The notes: generated from the letters alone by a model not told the origin. 64,000 bases of DNA from Cyclobacteriaceae bacterium (GCA_049430945.1 JBMTCO010000005.1:1001-65000), one strand, 5' to 3'. Positions 45,278 through 55,792 are shown, counted from the stretch's first letter. Numbers and translations: made by a program.

Positions 45278-45838
45278 TCAATACTTCAAACGGATAAAAC
45301 AACCTGCTGGCCGTGCGGTTACTGCCTCCGGTTGTACCCCATTCAATGTTGCTTCGATGACATCCAGCAGATAATTCTTATCAGCATCTTCGGGTACCTG
45401 AGGATTATCATCCAGCGGTCCCCTGTATACAAGTGTTAGTCCTTGTTCGGTTCGAAGTAAAAAGAAAACTTCAGAAGTTCGCTTTGCATTCAGTGCCCGC
45501 AGAACATTCTGATCAGGATCATGAAGATATGGTATTTCATTGCCCCATGAATTAAGTTTTTTCCTGATGTCTTCCGGGGTATCCTCCGAAGCGGCATTCA
45601 CAAAATAAAAAAGAATTTTTCCGGCATACCGGGAGGCATATTTTTTCATTCGTTCCAGGTAATGATCATCATACGGACAGCGCGTGGCAGTAAAAAAAAT
45701 GACAACGCCTTTGCTATCACCCCCATTAAGCTGAACGTACTTACCATCCTGACCTATGGCTTCAAGTGGTTGTTTTATCACCTGAGCAAATAGTGCGGAC
45801 GAAGTAATGAGCAGCAGAACATTGAGAAAGATTTTCAT
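45278..45838 (-). CDS. Exported redoxin/peroxiredoxin-like thioredoxin-fold protein
   Basis: Signal peptide, CPY, PYLHDPDQ, A.RTSEVF, YRGPLDD, C-terminal GC.I. Confidence 0.75.
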   Translation of the reverse strand: MKIFLNVLLLITSSALFAQVIKQPLEAIGQDGKYVQLNGGDSKGVVIFFTATRCPYDDHYLERMKKYASRYAGKILFYFVNAASEDTPEDIRKKLNSWGNEIPYLHDPDQNVLRALNAKRTSEVFFLLRTEQGLTLVYRGPLDDNPQVPEDADKNYLLDVIEATLNGVQPEAVTARPAGCFIRLKY

Positions 45839-46476
45839 TTCATTTCAACAGTTTTGGTGGACGCAAGAATAAATTCAGGAGCCGAAATATAGTCCAACTG
45901 AACATTCCATTGCTGATCCCTGAAGATAATACTACAATTCAGAATCCCGGATTCTGATAAAATGAAAGGTTCAACAAGCAGATGCCTGGAAAAAATCAGG
46001 TTTCTTTTTCCATAAATTTTATAAAGCGCCTCTTTCGCGCTCCAGTAAACACCGAGTTTCAGCGGATCATTACCAGCGTCTGTTTGTTCTTCCGGAGACA
46101 AAACCCTTGGAATCACCTGCGCCATCCTAGGGCGTAAAATTTCAAGGTCAATGCCAACAGGCATCGTCGGGTGAATCTGAGCGGCAATAAAAGGGAAGGA
46201 ATGAGACAATGAGATCTGGTAATCCAAGCCAATCGGAAATGGTTTCCCGGATTCTTCCTTGGCGAGTCCCTGATAATGTAAGCCTTCTCCCGTGAACAGG
46301 TAATTGATCAGAAACCGTCCGCCAAGCCATTCAAGGCGTTTTCGCATAAAATTTATTTGTTCAGGACATTGATCAGCCTGTGGCAGGGCTGCTTCAAAGA
46401 CCCCTGCCTCCTCCTCCACCTTCCATACAGCCAGGACTGAACCGGGACTAATTTGCCGAATTTGATGCAATGGCAT
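45835..46476 (-). CDS. 4'-phosphopantetheinyl transferase superfamily protein
   Basis: GKP, ISLSHS, VGIDLE, WSAKEALYK. ATG 46476 chosen. Confidence 0.88.
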   Translation of the reverse strand: MPLHQIRQISPGSVLAVWKVEEEAGVFEAALPQADQCPEQINFMRKRLEWLGGRFLINYLFTGEGLHYQGLAKEESGKPFPIGLDYQISLSHSFPFIAAQIHPTMPVGIDLEILRPRMAQVIPRVLSPEEQTDAGNDPLKLGVYWSAKEALYKIYGKRNLIFSRHLLVEPFILSESGILNCSIIFRDQQWNVQLDYISAPEFILASTKTVEMK

Positions 46477-46516
46477 GGTTAAATATAGTTTTACACCGAA
46501 TTTTGCCAAAACATAA

Positions 46517-47452
46517 ATGATCGCTGACCCAAATAAAAAGAGAGCACTCGCAGTAAAGGTATTTAAGTTTCAGGGCCACCGGGACTGTATTTATCAGCTT
46601 GAGTCAGCCGGAGACGATAAATCATTTTTTTCCGCCGGTGGTGACGGAATGATTGTTCGCTGGAATCTGGATCATCCGGATCAGGGGAATCTTATTGCCA
46701 GAACAGAGGGTTCGGTTTACAGCATGTGCTTTATCCCTTCAACAGGAATCCTGCTGGCAGGACAAAATAATGAGGGCATTCATGCAATTGACGTAATTAA
46801 AAAAGAGCGCGTAGCATCATCAGCTCTGGGCAGCGTTTCCATTTTTGATCTCAAGGTTTCGGGAGGGCGGGTATATGCGGGCACATCTGCAGGAGAGCTG
46901 GTAATTCTTGATCCTGCCGAATTAAAAACCATTGCAAAATTAAAACTTTCAGAAGGTAGTCTTCGGACCATTGCGATACATCCGCTTACAGGCAATCTGG
47001 CTCTTGGTTTCAGTGATTGCTCTGTTAAAATATTTGATACCCGATCAGGCACAGTTACCGAAGATTGGCAGGCGCATCATTTGTCTGTTTTTACACTTTG
47101 CTGGAGTCCTGACGGAAAATATCTTTTGAGCGGATCAAGGGATGCAAAGATCAAATGCTGGGAGTGGAATGACCAGGGGCCCGAATGCCGGGAGGTTACT
47201 GCGCATTTGTTTGCCGTGAATCATGTAATCTATAGTCCCGGCGGAGAACATTTTTTAACTTGTAGCATGGATAAAACCATAAAGATCTGGTCGTCCAGAG
47301 ATCTTAGCCTGCACAGGGTTTTGGACAAGGCCCGTCATGCAGGTCATGGTCATTCTGTGAACCGGCTCGTTTGGATAAATGATGATACCTTTGCAAGTGC
47401 AGGCGACGACCGAATCATATCCGTCTGGAAACTTCAAAAAGAACAACCCTGA
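46517..47452 (+). CDS. WD40 repeat protein
   Basis: GH..CIY, SAGGDGMIVRW, AHHLSVFTL.WSPDG.YLLSGSRD, SMDKTIKIW, SAGDDR.ISVW repeats. Confidence 0.9.
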   Translation: MIADPNKKRALAVKVFKFQGHRDCIYQLESAGDDKSFFSAGGDGMIVRWNLDHPDQGNLIARTEGSVYSMCFIPSTGILLAGQNNEGIHAIDVIKKERVASSALGSVSIFDLKVSGGRVYAGTSAGELVILDPAELKTIAKLKLSEGSLRTIAIHPLTGNLALGFSDCSVKIFDTRSGTVTEDWQAHHLSVFTLCWSPDGKYLLSGSRDAKIKCWEWNDQGPECREVTAHLFAVNHVIYSPGGEHFLTCSMDKTIKIWSSRDLSLHRVLDKARHAGHGHSVNRLVWINDDTFASAGDDRIISVWKLQKEQP

Positions 47453-47466
47453 AAAACCCGGGAATC

Positions 47467-48138
47467 ATGAAAATTACTCCGCTTGAAATCCGTCAGAAGA
47501 CATTTGAAAAAAACCTGCGCGGGTATGACAAGGATGAGGTTACAGCATTTCTGACCACACTTTCTCAGGAATGGGAAAAGCTGCAGGAGGAATTCCGAGA
47601 AGCCAAGCTCCGTCTTGAATCATCTGAGCGGGAAGTGGCAAAATTAAGAGAGGTGGAGACCACCTTATTTAAGACGCTGAAGACAGCAGAGGATACCGGT
47701 AACAATCTTATTGAACAGGCCGGTAAAGCTGCAGAGTTACAGTTAAGAGAGTCCCAGTTGCAAGCAGAGGGATTAATGTATGAGGCGAGGGCAAAGGCCA
47801 AAGAAATTGTTGAGGAAGCGGAAACCCGATCACAGCAAATTATTGATGGCCTCGAAAATCGTCTGAAAGATCTGGTCCAGGAATACAGAGGTATGCTGAT
47901 GCAAAAAGATAATTTCTCAGCAGATTTATTAAGGCTTGCAGCAGAACTTACCGACCGGGCAGAGCGGCTGAAGAAGATGGGAGATAGTTTTCATCCTGAA
48001 CAATATCAGGCGAAAGCAAAAAAAGAAATCATCCCTGAAGAAACTGCAAAGAGGGAGGACGTTCTAATTAAAACCCCGGAACCATCACGGGAGTCAGTAA
48101 AAAAGTCAACCGGATCATTCTTTGATGAGATTGAATGA
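47467..48138 (+). CDS. DivIVA domain protein
   Basis: MKITPLEIRQKTFEKNLRGYDKDEV followed by a long coiled coil. Confidence 0.9.
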   Translation: MKITPLEIRQKTFEKNLRGYDKDEVTAFLTTLSQEWEKLQEEFREAKLRLESSEREVAKLREVETTLFKTLKTAEDTGNNLIEQAGKAAELQLRESQLQAEGLMYEARAKAKEIVEEAETRSQQIIDGLENRLKDLVQEYRGMLMQKDNFSADLLRLAAELTDRAERLKKMGDSFHPEQYQAKAKKEIIPEETAKREDVLIKTPEPSRESVKKSTGSFFDEIE

Positions 48139-48500
48139 ACTTCAGAATTACGCTTGAAAATCTGATCTTCCACAGTTTCCACGGACTATATCCGGAAGAA
48201 AAAGTAAACGGTAATCAATTTACTGTTTCGCTGCATATCGATTTCAGTCCTTCCGGCGCCATAAGCAACGATGAGATTACTCATACGATTGACTACGCTG
48301 CCGTTTACTCATTGATCCGGGAAGAGATGCAAAAACCCAAAGGCCTCCTGGAAGCTCTTGCAAAAGGTATCTGTGAAAAAATCTTACTGAATTTCCTGAA
48401 AGCAGAGTCCATTACACTTTCTGTTTCAAAACACAACCCCCCAATTGGCGGCCCCTGCGAAAAAGCTACTGTGACCGTCAGTTTATCAAGACATGTCTGA
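48135..48500 (+). CDS. folB: Dihydroneopterin aldolase
   Basis: FHSFHGLYPEE...GNQF, TIDY, LLEALA, VSKHNPPIGG. Confidence 0.92.
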   Translation: MNFRITLENLIFHSFHGLYPEEKVNGNQFTVSLHIDFSPSGAISNDEITHTIDYAAVYSLIREEMQKPKGLLEALAKGICEKILLNFLKAESITLSVSKHNPPIGGPCEKATVTVSLSRHV

Positions 48501-48533
48501 TTTTCTGCCGGTTTTTTTAAAATGACAGATATA

Positions 48534-48565
48534 AAAAAAGGACCTGAAAATTCAGGTCCTTTTTT
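48534..48565. terminator. Bidirectional Rho-independent terminator
   Basis: AAAAAAGGACCTGAA-AA-TTCAGGTCCTTTTTT between the convergent folB and TBDT genes. Confidence 0.85.
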
Positions 48566-48587
48566 ATTGATGACTCGGTAAACCGGA

Positions 48588-51500
48588 TCAGAAAATGTAA
48601 CGGATGCCAAGCTGAGCCTGCCATACGTCAAATACAGATGAGTTTCTGGAATAAGTGTCTTTGATAAGAACATTGGTTCCATCAGCCTCACGCTGAGTAG
48701 CAAGTTTAAATACGGGCTCACCATTGCCATTTAGTGACTGGTACTGAAGAACCGCAGGGTTGGTTGAGCGCTGGGAAACACCCCACTTGTTATTGAGCAT
48801 GTTACCGAAGTTCAGAATGTCAAAACGAACCTGAATGGTATTCTTGTATCCTTTCACCTTAACATTGAAATCCTGAGCGATAGAGAAATCAAAGCGGTGC
48901 AGATAAGGAAGTGTCAGTGCATTTCGCTCCGCATAATTTAACGTACGTGTTGAGAGGTAAGGATCCTGCTCTATAAATTTTGCATAGGCCTCCTGCTGCT
49001 GAGCCTCCGTGTAAGTCACAGTAGAAGTCTGACCATTCACTGTTGAAGAAACAGCGTTGTTTGCAAACCTTACCTGTGTAGCGTCGAGAGGAACATACAT
49101 CAACTCGTTGTCACGTACACGGTCGCCATTGAGGTCGCCTGCAACAAAATAAGAGAACGGACTGCCCTGGTCACCAATGTATCCAAGGGTCAGGGTAGTT
49201 GCGCCGCCGAACTTATCTCCATACTCTATTCTGTAACCTGCAAGTCCTACGAAACGGTTAGGAAGGTTGTTGTTAGATCGTGACAATTCAAGCTTGTTGT
49301 TGCCATTGACTGAACGTGCACTCTGCCAGCTTCCGCTTGCAATGGAACCCGCACTCATGTAGTCATATGCACGGGATGTAGTCCATGCAAATGAACCCCA
49401 GAATCCTTTTTGGTAAGGCTTTTCAATTTTAAAGGTCAGACCCTGGTAATAAGGTCCATTACGGTTTGTAAGGACTGCACCCATAGAAACGTTGTCGTTT
49501 ACACGAACGCCATTATCGTTATTTGCAAAACGATCACGGGCATCCGGTCCTTTGAGGGTAGTTGTAGGGTTATCCAGGTTGGCATTGTAGTAATGCACAG
49601 CATTGATTGACCTGTTGTATAGGAATTCAACTGAACCAATCAGACCAAATGGAAGTTTCTGATCTATTGCAATGTTGGTTTTCCACATCTGAGGAAACTT
49701 GTAATTCGGGTCAGTAAATGCCAGGTCAAATGTTGAAGGCAACGTAGGGGTCTGAGGAATAAAAAAGTCATTCGGACGCGGGGTGAAGCCGTAATTGGCC
49801 GCTGCGTTTCCGCTGACATCAATAAATCCTGTCAACACACCGTTGTTACCCACCTGATTTGACACGAACACGTATGGAGGACGGCCGGTAAAAATACCTG
49901 TACCGCCACGAATCTGTGTACGCAGTACTGCATCATTATCCCAGTTGAAGGCAATGCGGGGTTCCCACAATACCTGGGTTTTGGGAAGAACGCCTGTGTT
50001 AAACTTTTCGCCATTGGCAAAAGTGAGTGCAGTAACCGTTTCGTTTTCAATTGCAGTATCCTCAAATCCGATAACCGCAGCACGTACACCGAAGGTAAGC
50101 TTGAAATCTTCAGTCACGTTAAACTCATCCTGTGCATAAACATCAAGGCGGGTGGTCTTCAGAACCTGAAGAGGCTCCTTTGCACCAGGGAGTGCAGAAT
50201 AACGCAGCTGAAATCTTGCAGGTGCAAAAGCTGAAGGGGCTCCGCCATTGGCAATAGACTGGTTGGCAGCAGTATAAAAATCAGCAAGACTGTTGAAGAT
50301 ATAAACGCCATTAGATGCCGGGAAGAACAAGTTGTTTGACTTGTACTTTTCAAAGTTAAAGCCCAGTGTGATGGTGTGCTTATTCATGTACTTGGTCAGG
50401 TTATCCGTAATATGGAAAGTACCATAATCCAACTTATTGTTTGGCGTGAACGGATCAAAACCTACTGAGGTGTAGGTATTGGAGCCTTCCCTGATGTCGA
50501 TGGTCGGGAAAAGCTGTGAACGGTATGCACGGTCTTCAATCTGCTTATCATAACCAATGATCAGGTTATTGTGCAGGGTATTGGACAGGCGGCTATTCAA
50601 CTCAAGAACATAAGAGCGGGTGTTGTCAAGAATAATATAACCGCTGTTCTGGAATGCCATTGCATTGGCATTTGTTGTGCGGCTTCCGGCTCCTGCAGAC
50701 TGTGAGTTGGAGATATTGATCTCTGCATCAGAGTTATGGAATACATAGCGGGCCATCAGTTTGTGCTTGTCGTTGATATTCCAGTCAAGACGTACAAGGA
50801 ATTTTTCTGATTTAACCGCGTTATTGTAACCTTCCCAAGGACCAGTTTCATAGTCGAAATTATCGCGCATGAAGTTTGAGAGTGTTTCCATGTCGGAATA
50901 CTTAACACGTGAAACCTGAGAACCTGACAGCGGAGAGCCGTCAGATATCCAGGTTGTACCGGGCTCAGTCTTTTCGAGGTTTTCATAGTTACCAAAGAAG
51001 AAAAGCTTATCCTTAATGATTGGAAGACCAAGACGTAAGCCCTGAACTTTCTCATTAAATTTTGAAGCTGTTACAGGCACATCGTATGCCTTATTTCCTG
51101 TAAATGTGGAAGAGTTGTTCCTCTGAGTCTGGTACACGGATCCTTCAACCTTATTTGTTCCGGAGCGTGTAACTGCGTTGATACCGGCACCTACGAAACC
51201 GCTTTGGCGGATGTCAAAAGGGGCAACGTTTACCTGAAGCTGGTCAATAGCATCCAATGAGATTGCAGTTGCGCCTGTACGACCACCGGCCTGAGCAGAT
51301 GATCCAAGACCGAAACCATTATTGAACTGAGATCCGTCAATAGTGAAATTGTTGAGACGGGAGTCCTGACCACCAAAAGAGCGGCCATCGCCATTAGGGT
51401 TATATTTTGTAACACCATCAATCGTACGTGCACCGATGATCGGAACTGAAGTAATTTCGTTGCGTCCGAATTTTTGTGCAGCACCTGTACGGTCTTTAGA

Positions 51501-51881
51501 GAAAACGCGGCCACCCTCAGCAGTTACAAGAACTTCGCTCAGGGTTGTGCTTTCCTCTTTAAGTTCAAAATCAGCGTGTGCTGTTGATCCCAGATCAGCT
51601 TCAAGAACCTGAATGGTTTCTGTTCGGAAACCAACGAAGGATACAGTTACGTTGTAAGGACCACCAACACGAACTGCAGGAAGAATATAAGTTCCATTGG
51701 TATTGGTGATTGTACCGTACTTGGTTCCTGAAGGTAGGTGAACCGCCTGTACAGTGGCGTTGGGGACGGGTGCCCCATTGGAGTCCTTAACAACTCCGGA
51801 AATGGTTGATGTGGTAATCTGCGCATATCCTGAAATGGATACTAACAGCACCAGCACCATAGACAAGTAGTGGTTTTTCAT
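48588..51881 (-). CDS. TonB-dependent receptor, Oar-like, with N-terminal carboxypeptidase-regulatory-like domain
   Basis: Signal peptide, GGPYNVTVSFVG, plug (NNFTIDG, PFDIRQSGFVGAGINAVTRSG), PRIAFNWD, C-terminal QLGIRYIF. No SusD partner. Confidence 0.92.
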   Translation of the reverse strand: MKNHYLSMVLVLLVSISGYAQITTSTISGVVKDSNGAPVPNATVQAVHLPSGTKYGTITNTNGTYILPAVRVGGPYNVTVSFVGFRTETIQVLEADLGSTAHADFELKEESTTLSEVLVTAEGGRVFSKDRTGAAQKFGRNEITSVPIIGARTIDGVTKYNPNGDGRSFGGQDSRLNNFTIDGSQFNNGFGLGSSAQAGGRTGATAISLDAIDQLQVNVAPFDIRQSGFVGAGINAVTRSGTNKVEGSVYQTQRNNSSTFTGNKAYDVPVTASKFNEKVQGLRLGLPIIKDKLFFFGNYENLEKTEPGTTWISDGSPLSGSQVSRVKYSDMETLSNFMRDNFDYETGPWEGYNNAVKSEKFLVRLDWNINDKHKLMARYVFHNSDAEINISNSQSAGAGSRTTNANAMAFQNSGYIILDNTRSYVLELNSRLSNTLHNNLIIGYDKQIEDRAYRSQLFPTIDIREGSNTYTSVGFDPFTPNNKLDYGTFHITDNLTKYMNKHTITLGFNFEKYKSNNLFFPASNGVYIFNSLADFYTAANQSIANGGAPSAFAPARFQLRYSALPGAKEPLQVLKTTRLDVYAQDEFNVTEDFKLTFGVRAAVIGFEDTAIENETVTALTFANGEKFNTGVLPKTQVLWEPRIAFNWDNDAVLRTQIRGGTGIFTGRPPYVFVSNQVGNNGVLTGFIDVSGNAAANYGFTPRPNDFFIPQTPTLPSTFDLAFTDPNYKFPQMWKTNIAIDQKLPFGLIGSVEFLYNRSINAVHYYNANLDNPTTTLKGPDARDRFANNDNGVRVNDNVSMGAVLTNRNGPYYQGLTFKIEKPYQKGFWGSFAWTTSRAYDYMSAGSIASGSWQSARSVNGNNKLELSRSNNNLPNRFVGLAGYRIEYGDKFGGATTLTLGYIGDQGSPFSYFVAGDLNGDRVRDNELMYVPLDATQVRFANNAVSSTVNGQTSTVTYTEAQQQEAYAKFIEQDPYLSTRTLNYAERNALTLPYLHRFDFSIAQDFNVKVKGYKNTIQVRFDILNFGNMLNNKWGVSQRSTNPAVLQYQSLNGNGEPVFKLATQREADGTNVLIKDTYSRNSSVFDVWQAQLGIRYIF

Positions 51882-51998
51882 AGGCTATTGGTTTTGGATT
51901 AAGGAAAGGTTACTGAGGTTGAGGCCTTTAACTATCAGATCAGATCATCTATTTCAAAGCTTTTCTTGACTAGAGTCCTGAGCAATTTTAAAGGCGAG

Positions 51999-52006
51999 CA
52001 AAAGTA
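51999..52006 (-). promoter_or_regulatory. -7 promoter box TACTTTTG (TBDT)
   Basis: CAAAAGTA on the + strand, about 117 nt upstream of the ATG. Confidence 0.5.
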
Positions 52007-52245
52007 GGATTTTTGACAAAAAAGACCTTGCCTGTACCCCTAAAATTGATGTGAAGGATTCGTTAAGAAACCTGAATCGTAGGTTTATGCGGTCCGGAAC
52101 TAACCTTAATTAAAAGGTGTTTGATAGGTTTTATAAAACCGGAATTCGTTAAGATTTCAATAAATAAAATTATACTCAATATAATATTTTGTTTATTTAA
52201 AATTAGCAAAATATGATTTTGTGTTCAACTAAAAAAGCATTCTAA

Positions 52246-53079
52246 ATGAATCTCAAGGATCTGAAAGCTTTCTCAAAAGGTTTTAAAAAAACCCGGCGAA
52301 TGCCGGCCTTGTTCATTGGCCATGGTTCGCCTATGAATGGAATAAAATCAAACTGTTTCAGTAAAATCTGGGAGCAGGTTGGATCATCCTTGCCCCGACC
52401 GGAAGCGGTTTTATGCATTTCGGCCCACTGGCTGACTAAAGGGACATTTGTCACAGCCATGAACCATCCCAAAACCATTCATGATTTTGGCGGTTTTCCG
52501 CCTGAACTTTATGCTGTACAATATCCGGCACCCGGTAAACCGGAACTGGCAGGTGAAATCAAAGAAATCGTACAGTGCACTCAGATTGGACTTGATCACG
52601 ACTGGGGGCTGGATCATGGCACCTGGTCGGTGGTGCGCAGAATGTTTCCGGAGGCCGATATTCCTGTTCTTCAGTTAAGCATAGACTATTATAAACCCGG
52701 AAGGTGGCATTTTGATCTTGCCGGCGAACTGATCAGCCTTCGCGACAGAGGCGTGTTGATCATCGGCAGTGGAAATATGGTACACAATCTGAGGATGGTT
52801 GACTTTGAGAAACTCAATGTTCCGGGGTACGGGTATGACTGGGCAAAAGAAATGAATGTGACCTTCAAAGATCACATTATGCGAAGGGATTATGCCCCAT
52901 TAATAGAATATGAGCGTCTGGGTGCCGGAGCCAGACTTGCAATTCCTACTCCGGATCACTACTGGCCACTTATTTATACACTTGCTGCAACGCACAAGGA
53001 CGAAGTGCCTGTCTTCTTTAATGATGAGCTGGTTGGAGGATCACTGACTATGACATCCGTATTATTTACCAATAACTGA
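52246..53079 (+). CDS. ygiD: 4,5-DOPA dioxygenase extradiol (LigB family)
   Basis: PALFIGHGSPMN, SAHW, TIHDFGGFP, DHGTW, GSGNMVHNL, PTPDHYWPL. Confidence 0.92.
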   Translation: MNLKDLKAFSKGFKKTRRMPALFIGHGSPMNGIKSNCFSKIWEQVGSSLPRPEAVLCISAHWLTKGTFVTAMNHPKTIHDFGGFPPELYAVQYPAPGKPELAGEIKEIVQCTQIGLDHDWGLDHGTWSVVRRMFPEADIPVLQLSIDYYKPGRWHFDLAGELISLRDRGVLIIGSGNMVHNLRMVDFEKLNVPGYGYDWAKEMNVTFKDHIMRRDYAPLIEYERLGAGARLAIPTPDHYWPLIYTLAATHKDEVPVFFNDELVGGSLTMTSVLFTNN

Positions 53080-53097
53080 CCTGGGAAAAAAGGTCAG
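53076..53097. terminator. Hairpin between convergent genes
   Basis: CTGACCT-GGGAAAAA-AGGTCAG. Confidence 0.4.
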
Positions 53098-54236
53098 ATC
53101 ATTCTTGAAAGGGTACCTATATAACGTTCCGGTACTTCGCCCCTGGTCGCAGTTTCATAGTCAGCATACGTGCAGGGTACAACCATGGCCCGTTGGGAGC
53201 CGGGTACCTCCATCCACCAGCGGTCTGTTACTTTGCTTTTATAAAAAATCATCACCTCAGGCTCAACCGGCATGGCAACTGAGAAACGGAGGAAGTCGTT
53301 TGATTTAAAATCCTGCTCTGCTTTTCTGTTTGAATAGCCCTCAACAAAATACCACACCATAGTAGCCACCACTGCAGCAGTTTTTTGTTGTTCATCATCC
53401 ATTGAAGGGTTGTATTCATAAAAGCCGGCAGAGCTCAGTTTTTCATTAAGACCTGCATACCAGCAAAGCTGACAAGCCTCTTCTCCTGTCAGTCCGAATG
53501 GCTGGGCCATTTGATTGCCCGGAGCATCGGAAGAACGAATAGCCGTAATATCAAATGAAAGAAGGTCTGCACTGCGAATAGCCGGCTCCATTTCCATAAG
53601 ATTGGTGCGAATGGTGCCAAGTCTGTAAGCTTCAAAAAAGAGTTTTTCCATCACAGCAGTAATGCCGGGATCAGCCAGGTAAGACTGATGTGCGAGGTGC
53701 GTATAGCTGAACAGGTAATTTGGCTCGTGCATCAGCACTTTGTTTATGTGCTGACGATTCATCGGAAACTCATAGCCCTCTTCAAGGTCCAGAAAAGCAT
53801 CCACATTCAGAAAACTTACCAGTTTATTCAAATCCTGGTAAGAACGGTACTGGCCGATATCAAGATCATGCGATCCTCCGAGAATCAAAGGAAGTATATT
53901 GTTCTCAAGCAACAGCCGGCACACTTCAGATAAGCGCGTATAGGTTTCATCCAGGTCTAAGCCCGGTTTCAGATTTCCAAGATCAATAATTTGAGCTTTG
54001 CCGGTTCCGCGCTTAAGGCGGTATAATTTTTTGCGTATAAAATCAGCACCTGTTGCACAACCGGCATTTGAATCAGTACCTCTTTCTTCCGGTACGCCGA
54101 TGATTGCAAGGTTGGCTGTTCTGTAATCAGGAATTTTTTCGTCATAAACCCTGATGTTTTTAAGGAAGCTTCCCGGACTTTCAGCGTCCTTCAAAATTTC
54201 TTCCGGGACAGGAGAGAAAAACAAAGTAAGATCCAT
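53094..54236 (-). CDS. Arginase/formimidoylglutamase-family (ureohydrolase fold) protein
   Basis: IIGVPEERG, DLGNL, LGGSHD, APG....PFGL..EEAC, EYNP. Start 54236 follows a TAGATTTG box at 54252-54259. Confidence 0.8.
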   Translation of the reverse strand: MDLTLFFSPVPEEILKDAESPGSFLKNIRVYDEKIPDYRTANLAIIGVPEERGTDSNAGCATGADFIRKKLYRLKRGTGKAQIIDLGNLKPGLDLDETYTRLSEVCRLLLENNILPLILGGSHDLDIGQYRSYQDLNKLVSFLNVDAFLDLEEGYEFPMNRQHINKVLMHEPNYLFSYTHLAHQSYLADPGITAVMEKLFFEAYRLGTIRTNLMEMEPAIRSADLLSFDITAIRSSDAPGNQMAQPFGLTGEEACQLCWYAGLNEKLSSAGFYEYNPSMDDEQQKTAAVVATMVWYFVEGYSNRKAEQDFKSNDFLRFSVAMPVEPEVMIFYKSKVTDRWWMEVPGSQRAMVVPCTYADYETATRGEVPERYIGTLSRMI

Positions 54237-54334
54237 ATGCGGGGCTTTTGACAAATCTACAACGGAAGTGTGTTTAAATAAAAAGTCCTGCCGGAGCAGG
54301 ACTTTAACAGGTTCAATGCTTTCAGTTTCGGAAG

Positions 54335-55633
54335 TTATCCGCCAAAATCATCAAAGCGGATGTTTTCCTTTGGAATGCCGAGGTCGTCGAGCATTTTGAA
54401 GACAGCCTGGTTCATCATCGGTGGTCCGCAGAGGTAATATTCAACATCCTCGGGAGCTTGATGATTTTTAAGATAGTTATCAAAGAGACATTTGTGGATG
54501 AATCCTGTGTAGCCATCAGCCTCCTGATCATCAAGACTCTTTTTTGTTTTCCAGTTATCTTCCGGGAGAGGTTCAGAAAGACCGATGTAGAATCTGAAAT
54601 TGGGGAATTCCTTCTCAATTTTTCTGAAGTGTTCAGTATAGAACAGTTCTTTCTTTGAACGACCACCGTACCAATAAGAAACTTTGCGATTGGTTTTTTC
54701 GGTATGGAAGAGGTGGAAGATTTGAGCACGCAGCGGAGCCATACCTGCGCCACCACCGATATAAATCATTTCTCGTTGTGTCTTATTGATATGGAACTCA
54801 CCATAAGGACCGGATATCATTACTTTATCACCGGGCTTTCTGGAGAAGATGTAAGAAGAACAAATACCGGGGTTAACATCCATCCATTTATTATTGGCAC
54901 GATCCCATGGCGGTGTGGCCACACGGATATTCAACATGATGATATTTCCTTCTGCAGGGTGATTGGCCATTGAGTATGCACGGAAGATGGGCTCTTCATT
55001 TTTCATTTTGAGATCCCATAATTTGAATTTATCCCAGTCTGACTGGAACACATCCTGTTTGTGGCCAAGATCAGGATGTGGCGTGATATCAATATTTTTA
55101 AAATCAACAGTAACCGGAGGAACGTCTATCTGAATATAACCACCTGCTTCAAAGTTGAGTGATTCACCCGGAGGGAGCTTAACAACGAACTCCTTAATGA
55201 AAGTGGAAACATTATAGTTAGAGACTACTTCACATTCCCATTTTTTAATTCCGAAAATCTCTTCAGGTATCCTGATGTTCAGGTCATTTTTCACCTTTAC
55301 CTGGCATCCAAGGCGAACATTTTCTTTCCTTTCCTGCCTTGAAAGATGACCAACCTCTGTTGGCAGAACATCCCCGCCTCCTGATTCCACCACGCATTTG
55401 CACATGGCACAGGTTCCGCCTCCGCCACAGGCAGAAGGGAGAAATATTTTTTCATTTCCAAGCGTTGACAGCAGGGAACTTCCCGCAGCAACGGTTATTT
55501 CACGTTCTCCGTTGATCGTGATCTTAACCGGGCCGGACTGAACAAGCTTTTTCTGGGCAAAAAGCAGCAGCAGGACCAGTGCAAGTATAATAACCGTAAA
55601 GGCTATAGAGGATGTGGCTAAAACAGAAAGCAT
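54335..55633 (-). CDS. nqrF: Na+-translocating NADH:ubiquinone reductase subunit F
   Basis: [15 protein letters not shown] 2Fe-2S motif, [42 protein letters not shown] 55633 lies downstream of a TATATTTG box at 55655-55662. Confidence 0.96.
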   Translation of the reverse strand: MLSVLATSSIAFTVIILALVLLLLFAQKKLVQSGPVKITINGEREITVAAGSSLLSTLGNEKIFLPSACGGGGTCAMCKCVVESGGGDVLPTEVGHLSRQERKENVRLGCQVKVKNDLNIRIPEEIFGIKKWECEVVSNYNVSTFIKEFVVKLPPGESLNFEAGGYIQIDVPPVTVDFKNIDITPHPDLGHKQDVFQSDWDKFKLWDLKMKNEEPIFRAYSMANHPAEGNIIMLNIRVATPPWDRANNKWMDVNPGICSSYIFSRKPGDKVMISGPYGEFHINKTQREMIYIGGGAGMAPLRAQIFHLFHTEKTNRKVSYWYGGRSKKELFYTEHFRKIEKEFPNFRFYIGLSEPLPEDNWKTKKSLDDQEADGYTGFIHKCLFDNYLKNHQAPEDVEYYLCGPPMMNQAVFKMLDDLGIPKENIRFDDFGG

Positions 55634-55792
55634 CTGTGATAAGTTTTTGGACCACAAATATAGATAGCCCACCTGTTTTTCATCGTTGAAAGAAGGTATT
55701 TTTGAATATGGTTAACGAAAGAATTTCCCTTTAAAAAGGGGGGGTGACTTTGACACCAAAAAAATGGGATTTTTTTTGCTTTTTGATTGATT

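Noticed and set aside
51882-51998. Riboswitch in the roughly 110-nt leader of the TonB receptor
   Set aside because: No cobalamin, TPP or other recognisable aptamer motif was seen by eye; an Rfam search would be needed to exclude one fully.
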